The translations under genes were made by a program, and so were the position numbers. Below are positions 27,541 to 38,234 of a stretch of 64,000 nucleotides of DNA, piece by piece (positions within the stretch are counted from its first letter, which is position 1; each line of letters opens with the position of its first letter). The notes beneath the pieces are model-generated. The model had not been told where the DNA came from. It searched no databases and saw only the letters and a program-made list of their open reading frames with translations. The stretch is from Setoptus koraiensis (lineage: Eukaryota; Animalia; Arthropoda): the NCBI GenBank assembly GCA_048013815.1, contig CM106585.1, forward strand, positions 16,740,001-16,804,000. Direction: 5' to 3'.

Positions 27541-28520
27541 AGCAAGTGTGCGCATGGCGAGCGTGCTGCACGCTCGAGAGCGACGGCAAGCTCAAGTCGC
27601 GCGTTACGTAACGAGACTTGGGAGCCAATGGGGCGCCAATGCCCGCCAATGGTGAAACATATCCGACGGAATTATCCGTGTTGCGACACACACAGACACA
27701 CAGATAATTCGCGTTCGCTGACATTGAACGATTCGCCGACGAGCGCCGATTAGCCGACTATTTATAGCGGCAAGAGTGCGTGTTTTGGCGGGCGGTTCGC
27801 GAGACTGTGCGCGGTCATTAGCTGACGAGACGACTTTTTCACTTTTTCGCCAGAGTGTTTCGAATCGGCGGCGAGCCGCCGCCGCCACCGCCGCAACAGC
27901 GACCAATAAAACAAACACACGGCCCGCGATTCCAAGAAAGCGCACCGGGCGCACCAATCGAGATGGAGAGAGAGAGAGACGTTTCCCATTTGAAAGTAAT
28001 GCCAGCGCAAATGTTGTTATTTGCCGCAAGCACGATATGCATATAACGCTGTACAGACGCTGCACAAACAAACAAACTTATCTCACAAATGGATGGGCAA
28101 TCATCGTCTTACGTAACGTCATGACAACGGAGCTCGGCGCGCCCTCTCGAGGCGGGCGGGCGCACAATGAGTCATCGAGTGCGTAATGCCAGACAACTTT
28201 TGGCTAGACAACCTTTTGACAGCGCTCGCTTGTGATTAATAAGTGGCGCGATGTATATAATTGTTGCAGCAGCTACAACAACAACACACATTGCGAATTG
28301 GCGCAGAAATCTCTCAACTATTATTATCCGTCTAATAAAAGATAAAAAAGAAAAAAGGAAAAATAAATAAATAGGCAGACAAACAAGTGAGTCAGCGCGT
28401 TGTGGGATTGGCACTGTTTATAAGGAGTGCCAAGCGCTTATGTAACAGCCCACTCCAAATAGGGCAATCGAAAGCAAGTGTTGACTCACACACTTCGTCA
28501 TTCACCTGTTAGTCTAACAG

Positions 28521-28775
28521 TGTCAGACTAGCTACCTGTTGTTGGCTGTCAGTGGTTCAGTGGTTGACGTTGTTGACGGATGTTGTTGAGCTCACAGCTA
28601 GAACGGCTGGCGAACCAAAGCGGTTGTCAGCCAAAGTGCTTCGCACAATTTGTGAATCACACTCACAAATTGTCAGTCGAGAGCGTGGCCACTCGACCCG
28701 GCGCAGCTAACACTGTCAGACTGGCGCTGTCAGGCGAGCTGTCAGTGGCTGCCAGTGGCTGTCAGTGGCTGTCAG
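28521..28775 (+). promoter_or_regulatory. Cluster of 9 same-orientation TGTCAG words (TALE homeodomain Hth/Meis/TGIF-type core); function unproven
   Basis: TGTCAG at 28521, 28547, 28625, 28671, 28714, 28728, 28740, 28760, 28770; the last three belong to a 10-bp tandem. Confidence 0.35.
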
Positions 28776-29029
28776 TGGCTGTTGGGGGCCCACTCATTGA
28801 TGAGACCATCTGAATGGCATGCGACGGGCCCACAATGACAGCTCGTCGGCTGGCCGGTCGCATCAAAGCGGCACGTTGAATTTGATGACACAACAGATGT
28901 CACACGCTGATGCCGTTAGAGCTGATTGCCGATAGATACACGATACCGTGTTTGTGCAGATCTCTGTCGGCCTTGACAGAGATCCGCGGTCTTGGCGAAG
29001 CGAATCTCGACATGCTCAGCATGCTCAAC

Positions 29030-29168
29030 ATCTCACTATCTAACAATCTCACTATCTCAATATTTCAATGTCTCACTGTCTCAATATCTCACACAATATC
29101 TCGGTATCTCAGTATTTCAATATCTCAGTATCTGAGTATCTGAGTATCTCGGTATCTCAGTATCTCGA
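29030..29168. repeat. Degenerate ~9-bp repeat (gtatctca/atatctca)
   Basis: Direct reading. Confidence 0.85.
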
Positions 29169-32100
29169 TGCTCATGCATGTGATACAGTGATACATTAAC
29201 TGTATCACTGTCGACACGAAGGACGGACAAACAGTTGTGCTATTTTCGCGATACTTGGACGATATTTTTGCGATACCGTGATAATGAATGAACAGTGACC
29301 GCAACAAACGATGCAGGCCAAGAAAGGCAAATGATCGATCGCCGTCAACAGTTACAAACCAGCCGTTTGCGTCATTATGATACGCATCGTGATGACGCAA
29401 AGCATTGTCTGTCCACTGGCGCTTATTAGGCTGCCCGGCCAGCAAGTGAGCAAATTGAGCCAATCGAGCCGATTGGGCCAATTGAGCAGCCTTGCTCAAT
29501 TTTGCAACTATTTACAAATAACAACAAGCAAACATGGTAGCTGACAAGCTGTGAGTTATTTGAATAGTTGCCACCAAATTGTTGGCACCAATTAGACGCT
29601 AGCCGATCAGCGACATCGTTCAACTCTCCTACAATCAATCGACCGATGCAGTTGGCCACAGTTAATGTGTCACGTTGCGCAAGATCTGGCCCCTTCCGAA
29701 ATCATCCGCTATCCGATGGTGCGCTTGCTGAGGCTGCCGAACATGTGACAATTGGGCAATTGTCAAATTGTCAAATTTCACCGGCCCGACGTACGTAACA
29801 TTGTAGGCCGAGTAACTTGAGCGAAACATTTTGACCGACGCACCGTTGACGGGCGAGCAGAGGCTTGCGGCTTGACAAGGCCCAGTGGTTGGCGTCAATT
29901 AATCATGCGATCACAAGCGATTCACCTGTTAACTTGCCAGACAGGTGAGGCACCTTGAGAGAGCCTGTTGAGAGACGGCCGGGCGGTCAACGATGCAGTG
30001 CGAGTGGTCAAGACAAACAGCTACAGTGTGCAAATACAGACTGCGCGAAACATTTTTGCTTGTTGCTTGTTGCTGTCGCCGGTTGTTGCCGGTTGTTGTC
30101 GGTTGTTGTCGGTTGTTGTCGGTTGTTGTCGGTTGTTGCCGGCGGCCGGGCCGGCAACGGCGACGGTGTCGCCGCAATCGCGTGTGCGCATTAAAGTGGC
30201 GGCCCAAGTGTCTGTTGGTATTGGCGTCCTCGCCAATCACACAATCATTGCCATTCACGATGATTGATCGTCTAGAGCGAGCGAGAGAGAGAGGGAGAGA
30301 GAGCCAAGTGCGAGCGTTGCGAGATGCCGCCGGTACTCGGCGACTTGCCGAGATATGCCGGCTGTCGACGCCGTCCGCAAGCCGGTGGCCATTGTGCGAT
30401 TGTGCAATTGTAGTTGGTAGTCGGTCATCGTTGGCCACTTGTTGAGTAGTTGCGCAATAGTGTGTTGCGACGCGCAAGGTGGTCTCTTCACAGCTTGTTC
30501 GCAAATTCCATTGCGTCATATCTCGCTGAAGAGAATTCCTCTTCTTCGTTGTCGATTCTTCTTTTTCTTCTTTTTGTCGATTCTTGTGGATCAAGTGAAT
30601 TCTTCATAGTGACGGCTTCATAGCGACGCCACGACGCGAATTGGCCGATGACGCGCTATGAGCGCCCGCTCTCTCGGCGGCTTCTCCCGGCGGCTTCTCC
30701 CGGCGGCTTTATCAGCGGCAATTGTTGGCGGCTTATTGCCGCGGCGGCCAGTCGGCCGCATAAGTCGACGAGCCCCTCTTCAGGTCCGTCTTGGCTGCAA
30801 TCATGCAATCACTCGATCGCTCGATTATACTTGACCACCATTGTCGTACACAATTGATAATGATTGCATAATACAAATACATATTGCAATATATTGCACA
30901 CAACATTACATAATACTACATTAAATTACATTATGTTATGTTGAATTGTGCAATTTGTACAATTGCGGCGCTGTTGCCGCTCGATATCAGGCCCATGGGC
31001 AGCGCCTATCGACCTGAAAAACTCGCCATTGGACTCCAATGACTGGAGTGAACAAAACTATTCCACTGGCATTGTTGATGGCGGCAGCAGCAGCAACAAC
31101 AACGACAGCAACAACAGCAACGACAACAACAAACACGACACACAAACACGTCGTCTTGTGTGAGATACTTGAGATGATTTATTTGCAATTAGACCACTAC
31201 AATGGCTCGTAACTTGGCCGCATTCAGCGATATCGGCAGCGTTGCTGCTGGCTGTTTGTATTGTTAACAAATTTCAAATATAATATTGTTATCTCAACCA
31301 CTATATTATCTCAAATATTTGATCAGCCACACCGACAATTGTCGGCCAGCGACAGTCGAGCCCGCGACAGTCGAGCCCGCGAAACAATGCGACTGCTAGC
31401 GACTGCCAGCGACTGCCAGCGACTGCCAGCGACAACTGGCGACCGGCGCACCGAAACTAAACCGGCCACACTTACACGGGCACACGGGTATTTATGGTTG
31501 CGGCGGCCAGCTTGCAACCATTGAAAATGACCATGTGTGGCCGGAGCGACGTGGGCGCCGCCTGACGCCCGGCTCCGCGAGCTAGTCGTAAATCATCGTG
31601 TGGCAATGTCAGTTGGCGCTGATAATGGCCGGCGCACTGTTATATCATTTAACTTGTACGTATGTAAACAGTAATATATTTATAACAGTGGACAGTTTTT
31701 TGTCCAGACAGCCAGCGAGAATTCAATTGGCGAGCATCTGGCCCCTTCTGGAATTTGTCTCGCCGCTTATTTATTTGTGTCTGTGTAAAAAATTGCAAGT
31801 TATTTGCAAAGTTGATTTCACTGGACGGATATTGGCGCCGCGCGGGCCATATGCTGCCCGATATCGCCATGAGCCATGGCGCCCCCTACAACTCGCTTGC
31901 ACACTCGACACTGTAGAGTCTACAGCGACACACGACGCTCGCTGTTGCTTTCGTGTTGGTGTTGCGCCCCAGCGCCAGCCACGAAAGTGCCCGTTGTGGA
32001 CGGGGCCGGCCCGACAGACGGCGTCGCAGCCGCAAGTCCACTGGGCGCCCTTGACGCTGGCCAGATCCGCTCACGGAGCTCGACGGCTCGTTTGGCAGCT

Positions 32101-32416
32101 CATCGAGCGTCGAGTGGCCCAGTCGATCGGGCTCCATTGCCCGATCGGCGATGCCCGACGCCGTGACTCGTCTCAATTTATTGCAATTATTATTATTATT
32201 ATTATTGCGATGCGAGCACTGGGCAGCGCAATTAAATGGACATGATTGAACGCGCGGTATGAAATTGGTGATGGCTATTTATTTGTGTAATACTATCACT
32301 GTGTGAGGCAAGCCACTGCAGACCGCGGGCCACAGTCGGTGGCTTGAGGTGCGCTGGCGCCCTCTCGCGCCCAAGAGCGCACTATCGGGTGCAGCGGATA
32401 AAAGAGGCACAATGTT

Positions 32417-32508
32417 CACATGGTGCACACGCTGCACACGTTGCACGCGGTGCACACGATGCACATGATGCACGCGGTGCACGCGGTGCACACGATGCAC
32501 ATGATGCA
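32417..32508. repeat. 9-bp tandem repeat (tgcacacga/tgcacgcgg), about 10 copies
   Basis: Direct reading. Confidence 0.9.
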
Positions 32509-35380
32509 AGGCCTCGGATAAATTAATGCACCAGCACCGCATCCAGCAATAGTATCAAGCAGCCATAATGCGACATAATACGAAATAACGGGCCGTCACG
32601 GGCTCGCCCTTGGACGGCCGCGCCATTGGGGCCCCATCGGGGCCCCATGGCCGATGGGGCGCCCGGGCCGTAAGTGGCTGTGTGTGCCGTTATGGTTTGG
32701 CCAGTGTACACGTAGCCAGTGTGTGTGTGTGTTGCGCTGACAAGTGGCTTCATTTGTCAAATTAGCCTCGCTCGGCGAGAGTGCTCACTTCACTTGCGAA
32801 AGAGACCTTCGAGAGATACAGTTGCCCCTGGTAGCTGACACACAACAACAGTAATCAGCTGGTTGGCCCAACAACCAGTATGGAAATGGGCCCCATTGTT
32901 TGTTTGGGACGCAAAATTGGCAGCAGCACTGTGTGTACGTTTATGGTTTACCGTTGCAATTGCAGCAGCGTCAGTCGCAATCCAGTGCGCCAGTGGTTGC
33001 GCTGTGGTAGTTACGTAATTACACCATAAAATAGAGTCATGGCGCTGGCATGAATACTGCCGGCGCGCCGGTTATAAAGACGCGCACAACTCTGTTGAAA
33101 GTATCTCTCTCTCTCTCTCACTTTATCTCTATCTGTTGTGTTGGCCCATGTGACATCACTCGCTTGTTTATAGCCATTTGCAGACAATTTGTTGTAATGA
33201 GTGCACCACTTTCAATACTCTCGCCCTGTTTGCGCAACTGTCTGTCTGGCCGGCCGTCTGAGCGGCGGGCTGTCTGAGCGGCGGGCCGGAATCACTCGCA
33301 ACCAGCCTCAATATTATCTCCCTATATTATAATAATGTCCGCTTGTGTCCATCATTTATGTCATTGTCTCTCTCTCTCTCTCCATCTCTCCCTCTCTCTC
33401 TCCCCATCTCGCGCCATATCCACTGGCCGTCCGCCGCTCGCTCCATATAAACGCCATATAACTGTTGACTGTTTGGGGCCGCCACAGTCACAACAACACT
33501 GCTGTTGAATGTATCTTATCTTGAGGTTACAATCAAACGCACAAATAATTTGCCTGGCAGTTTCGCTGGCAAATGTTGCCATTCGCTCAATGCCGCTGTC
33601 CAGTTGATGACAGCGACATCTTTATGTTTATTGGGCCTCTTTATTGAGCCAGTTGTGGATAGTTGACAAAACTGTTACTCTCACCAATTGAATTTTATTG
33701 CCCGGCGCCAACATGTTACACCGCTACACTGTTTTGTTACTACTCCACTCTGTTGCTTCCACTTGCCCATCAAGCTGGTCGTTTCGTTGTCGTGCTTTAC
33801 CAGCACTTTCTGTTGGCCTTCTGGCGTGCTCTGCACACAAACACAATGTCACAGTATCATGCCAGGGGCCCAATTTGTTAAATTGTGCGTTAATCATAAC
33901 TGGCCAGACCCAGACAGACCAACCGACAGACCAACCGACAGACCAACCGACACTGACCATACACAGCACAGTGTATCTGTTTGTGTGTAATCACCGCATG
34001 ACACAACCAATGAAACAGATCGCTCTCGCGCTGTCTAGTGGCTAAGTTTAGCTTAAATGTATGCCATTCAATTAGGACACAACTGCACGCTGTAGTCATG
34101 CCAACCCATGGGCCCATACTTTAGGGTCCATTAGGTAGAAGCGGGCCACGGTTACGTAACTGCACTATAGGCAGGCACTAAAAGCTAAAAGTGCAAAGGG
34201 TTAAATTGAGTTGACTTGAGTGCGCCTAGAAAAACAATTGCAATTGCGACTAGTATGCAATTGGCAACCGATATTGGCAACAACAACACTTGACATCGCT
34301 AACATATAGTCGCTATGCACCAACGCTGCTGTTGTGACTAACAGTTTGCATTGATCACCAATTGTGCAGTATAGTGTATATCTGTGGTATAACTGTATCT
34401 GTTTTGTTTGTGTGTTTACGTCATAACTCAACTAACAGCTTCATACTAGCAAATACATACTACTAACAGATGCTAGCGCTGCATAGTGTTTCTAACAAAG
34501 TTGAATTGGAGTACTAGTAGTCATTCACAAAACATAGACGCACAACAAAGAAGGCAATAATAATCCGAGACGATTAGCATAAAGATACATTGAGATTGAC
34601 AATATATACAAAAATAGTACACTATTAGCCCGGTATTGTCGCTTGCTATCAGACAAACAAACTGCGCCTAGCGACTTGAGCGCACCAAGTAATAAAAATA
34701 GTTTATTACTTATCCGACCGTCCTCGCTCTCTATCTCTCTCTCTCTCTCTCTCTCTTTTATATTGCTCCACTGTCTCCATTACTAATGTTGCTCTACGTC
34801 TAGACATCGGGCCATTACCATCTCCCATCGGAATTATCTCCATGGCCGCCGCCCCCTCCAATAACATCGAGTTTTTGTCATTGCTCATCTCATACTATTG
34901 CTACAGTGCACTCACGCTCTATAGGAGCGAGATTACTCACGGATTTATCCCATCATAACTACGTCATTTTCTCTTTTTCCATGCACCTACAAACAGCGAT
35001 GTGCTGTCATATGTTACAGTTGAATTTCTGTCCCTCCAGAAAATTAACAACAAACTATATAACACAGTCTCTAATGATCCTCGATCAATACTACATTACG
35101 TACATGCAAATATTCTATATGATTTTCTATTTCGGCTAGCTTCAGAAGGGCAGAAAGAGATGGTGACAGGTTTAGAAAAGATTAGCTAGGGAGAAAAGCG
35201 TGAATTACTAATCTTATTTTACTAATCAACCAGCTAACATGACAAGTAAGAAGGAAGTCGCTCTAAACAGTTGCAATGCGTATGTTGCAGAATGAGGCCG
35301 GAGATTAGCGTGATAAAGAAGTCAGAAGTTTTTGGTCTGTCGCCCAGCGTGTTTCAGATCTGTCTGTGTCACTGAGCCTG

Positions 35381-35480
35381 CGGATCCATCGGAGTTCCCA
35401 ATCACGTCACAGAAAGTATTTGTGGTGGCAATATCGGCAATGACGATAATATAAACCATTTGATTATATGGAAAAGGTGA
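35381..35480 (+). pseudogene. Orphan fragment of the RhoGEF last exon (GSIGVPNHVTESICGGNIGNDDNINHLIIWKR*)
   Basis: Near-identical to 51128-51227. An in-frame TGA lies immediately upstream (35373-35375), so there is no fusion ORF. Confidence 0.85.
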
Positions 35481-35947
35481 CTCATGAGGCATTACCACAG
35501 TATATTTATTGCAACCAATTGTTAATCGTTAGTGACATTTATACGACAGTGTTATAATTGATTATATTTCTTCGACGTCGACAGTAAAACTAAGGTGTGA
35601 TAGGTTGCCACAAGGTCCACAGTTGTTTGAGATATCCAGACTAATCATCTACAGAATTAATCTCAAATCTTTCAGAAAGTACCGCGCGTGCGTTCATACA
35701 ATTTTGGTTTTGTTGAACGCATTCAATTTGCGCTACAGAAGCACGAAGGATGATAGCCCCAAACAGCTGATCGATTGTTGTTGTCGCTTCAGCCGATGTT
35801 TACTCGGGCAGCAATTGTGCCTCAACAAATCTAATCCACGATTTAATGATGAGTCGATTCTTAACTTTGACACATTCTGACCTACAGTATTACTAGATAC
35901 AATTTTCGATTCACCATCCGTAGAGGCAATATCGCGGATCTTATCAG

Positions 35948-36005
35948 ATGGACGACTTCTTTGGAGTTAAACTGTCCAATCTTAGATTCAAGGAAGAGAA
36001 GAAGA
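35948..36005 (+). pseudogene. Orphan FRG1 exon 1 copy (MDDFFGVKLSNLRFKEEKK), overlapping the CTU2 3' end in antisense
   Basis: Matches 51782-51840; the GTAAGT donor is absent and the sequence runs straight into CTU2 antisense. Confidence 0.85.
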
Positions 36006-37076
36006 GTGCATCTTGTTACCAATTCGCAACAATGTGTAATAAGTTGCTGGGTAGTCGACATACAATTTGTTCAGGAAGGCCTCAGTGACGCGATGAATGG
36101 AAGCTTTTCTCTCACTCAATGTAGATAGCGTCTTCTTCCATGGTAACTCAAGCTCCCGTGCTATTAGGTAAAAGGCGACTTCTTTCTTTGAGAACTCCCT
36201 CAGTGGTCTTAAGGCTGCAATGTGGTGGCGACTATCGGAGAATCCGACACTTGCTTGTAATTCTGATCCTTGACCAAGTATTACATCAATCATGAGGCCA
36301 GTTGCTAGTTGGGAGGATGTACTGCCAGTGAATATAAATTTGGAACCCGATGTTGATTCGGCTAATTGCGGTCCTCCAAACTCATATTGTGCCACCGCCT
36401 GAATGGATTTGCGCAACAATTTCTGAACTAGATCCAACTTGGAGGTCAAGTCTGAGCAGGTAGAGTTGATTAAGTCTTTAAAATGCGTCGCTTTTGTTTC
36501 ATTCGCGAATAGCCAGTGAGTGTCGTCTACAGGCCGGTTAGGAAGGTACTGGTCATAGAAGGCGGGTTGTTCGTCGCATCGAGCAGTATTTCGCAACACG
36601 TTGAAGGAGGTCTCCAGTGTGGTCCACAAGAATTTCCAGGTGACGTGCCTCTGCGCGGCCTTGCTCAGAATGTCTTGGACTTTGGCCGCTCTAACATGTG
36701 GCTGCTCGTCAAGAGTGATGCCCGTGTCGACATATATAATTGTGGGTGTAAATTTAAGTTGCTTATGTTGATCGCACTGTAGACTGTGCTGAATGAGATC
36801 AAGCAGCATGGTGGAGCTCTGACCGCCTGAGTAGGCAACGAGGACTCTATCACCGTGAGTGAGCATTTTAGACTTGCCCAAGGTGGCCCTGAATTTCTTT
36901 CGGCACGCCTCAACGAAACAATCCCTGCAATGGACATGGATCTTTTCCATGATAATGAATGGCTGGGCAGTGCGACATTTTTTGCAAACAAGCGGCTTGC
37001 TTGTTGGCGTGGTATCGTCTGTACTGACTGAACGGACGTCCTGGCTGCAGTCACAGGCGGCGTTGGAATCACACAT
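35988..37076 (-). CDS. CTU2: Cytoplasmic tRNA 2-thiolation protein 2 (CTU2/Ncs2), intronless, 362 aa, apparently lacking the usual C-terminal Cys-rich region
   Basis: ORF has the CTU2 hallmarks: N-terminal CxxC...CxxC (CKKC, CRDC), KFRATLGKSK, degenerate PP-loop RVLVAYSGGQSS, RPLREFSKKEVAFY and YPATYYTLLRIGNKM. It stops 7 codons after GNKM. Confidence 0.92.
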   Translation of the reverse strand: MCDSNAACDCSQDVRSVSTDDTTPTSKPLVCKKCRTAQPFIIMEKIHVHCRDCFVEACRKKFRATLGKSKMLTHGDRVLVAYSGGQSSTMLLDLIQHSLQCDQHKQLKFTPTIIYVDTGITLDEQPHVRAAKVQDILSKAAQRHVTWKFLWTTLETSFNVLRNTARCDEQPAFYDQYLPNRPVDDTHWLFANETKATHFKDLINSTCSDLTSKLDLVQKLLRKSIQAVAQYEFGGPQLAESTSGSKFIFTGSTSSQLATGLMIDVILGQGSELQASVGFSDSRHHIAALRPLREFSKKEVAFYLIARELELPWKKTLSTLSERKASIHRVTEAFLNKLYVDYPATYYTLLRIGNKMHSSSLP

Positions 37077-37881
37077 TTCTATAGGCCTCTATGGTTTCTG
37101 GCTGCAGTGGGGTTTGGACGAGGAGGGAAAACAAGGAGAAATGCGCATTAGTATGTGTATTGTGTGGGCAAAAAATTTAAATGGGTTTCTGGCGGTCCAA
37201 ACACTATAGTCAGATACTATAAAATAGCAGCCATGGAGTTATTATCATTTGGTCATTTTATCAAACGGTAATTGTTTTCATCATTTTAGGCGTAATGGAC
37301 ACACAGCGCGTTGAGCGTCGATGGGCCTTTAATGAGGGTACTTACGAGAATGTTCTAGGGATTTAGGGCAGTTGCTCGAGGACGTTGCGTGTTTCCATTT
37401 TCACTGGGTCCCGCGAGCCTCAGTGGCTGATTGCGACCGCCTATGGCTGACGGAATGTGAATTGAGTTGAGAAATATTTAAATAATTACTATCGTTACTA
37501 ATATAGAGATGCAACTTTCGCCGTTGAAGGCAATGGCCAAATGCGAGAATGTCGGCAGGCGATCGGGCCAGTCGCGAATCAGACATGGATGGCTCGGCGG
37601 ATAACACGTTGCATTTTATAGACAGAGCCAGCACGCTTGTTGCGAGAGCACGCTGCCACTGGACGGTGGCGCCATTTTCGAAATCGAGATTTGTTTTTCG
37701 GTACGGTGTGATGATACACTGATGATAACTGCGCACCGCACCGCGTCGTCTCCTGCTGCCGGGTCCCGCAGCACCGCGTGCATACACCGCGCGTATGCAC
37801 CAGTGGTGCAGCACCACGGACGGCTCATTCACGCCCACAAGTTGTGGGCCACAACACACTTGTGGGCAACGCAATTCGAAC

Positions 37882-37951
37882 ATTCACGAGTCGTGGATCA
37901 CGAGTCGTGAATCATGAGTCGTGAATCACGAGTCGTGAATCACGAGTTGTG
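37882..37951. repeat. 14-bp tandem array of a near-palindromic unit (cacgagtcgtgaat), about 5 copies
   Basis: Units start at 37885, 37899, 37913, 37927, 37941. Confidence 0.92.
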
Positions 37952-38154
37952 CTGGCAAATTGAGGCTCGACCACTGGTGCGGATCGCGGGGCGATATTCA
38001 CGCGTGAATGTTCGAACGGATGTTGTTCGCGGCGCGAATATCGGCCGGCCCCACACGAGGGCCCCTTGTCAAGGGGCCGGCCAGAGCGGCGACACAAATT
38101 GTGGCGACACTGGCCAAACCCGCCGAGTTGAGCCGATCCGAGTTGCGACAACAT

Positions 38155-38234
38155 CCGCGAGTTGCCTGCCGACGATACCCGCGAGTCGCCTGCCGACGAT
38201 ACCCGCAAGTTGCCCGCCGACGATACCCGCAAGT
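38155..38234. repeat. 24-bp tandem repeat (ccgcgagttgcctgccgacgatac), about 3 copies
   Basis: Direct reading. Confidence 0.9.

Larger units (their letters stand above)
35381..36005 (+). repeat. Diverged direct duplicate (copy 1) of 51128-51840
   Basis: Manual alignment: 35381-35531 matches 51128-51280, and 35549-36005 matches 51383-51840 (about 30 substitutions in ~457 nt, no internal indel). About 85 nt between the blocks is missing from this copy. Confidence 0.95.

Noticed and set aside
29208-29281. Plus-strand peptide VLFSRYLDDIFAI resembling a reverse-transcriptase YxDD motif (Penelope-like)
   Set aside because: It is closed by stops within a few codons and none of the flanking RT motifs are present in any frame; most likely chance.
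1-34700. Numerous 100-480 aa ORFs in the supplied track (e.g. 4245-5687, 4906-5736, 3395-4093, 10983-11822)
   Set aside because: They overlap in several frames on both strands, are dominated by repeat-derived poly-Q/T/N/C/V or Arg/Ala/Pro runs, often use non-ATG starts and contain no recognisable domain. This is expected from stop-poor GC-rich repeats.
35239-35295. Plus-strand peptide TSKKEVAL matching the CTU2 motif FSKKEVAF, hinting at an inverted CTU2 remnant
   Set aside because: Only 6 residues match, the flanks do not align, and it was noticed after the fact.
35605-35880. 91-aa and 98-aa ORFs kept open in both duplicate copies (also 51418-51714)
   Set aside because: There is no ATG start, no recognisable homology, and many changes are non-synonymous. 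Staying open through about 19 substitutions is roughly a coin-flip, so this is not evidence of coding.
35735-35885. Box C/D-like words (GGATGAT, ATGATGA...CTGA) suggesting U3 or another snoRNA in the duplicated intergenic DNA
   Set aside because: Box spacing is too short, and U3 boxes A and B and a terminal stem were not found. An Rfam/Infernal scan would settle it.
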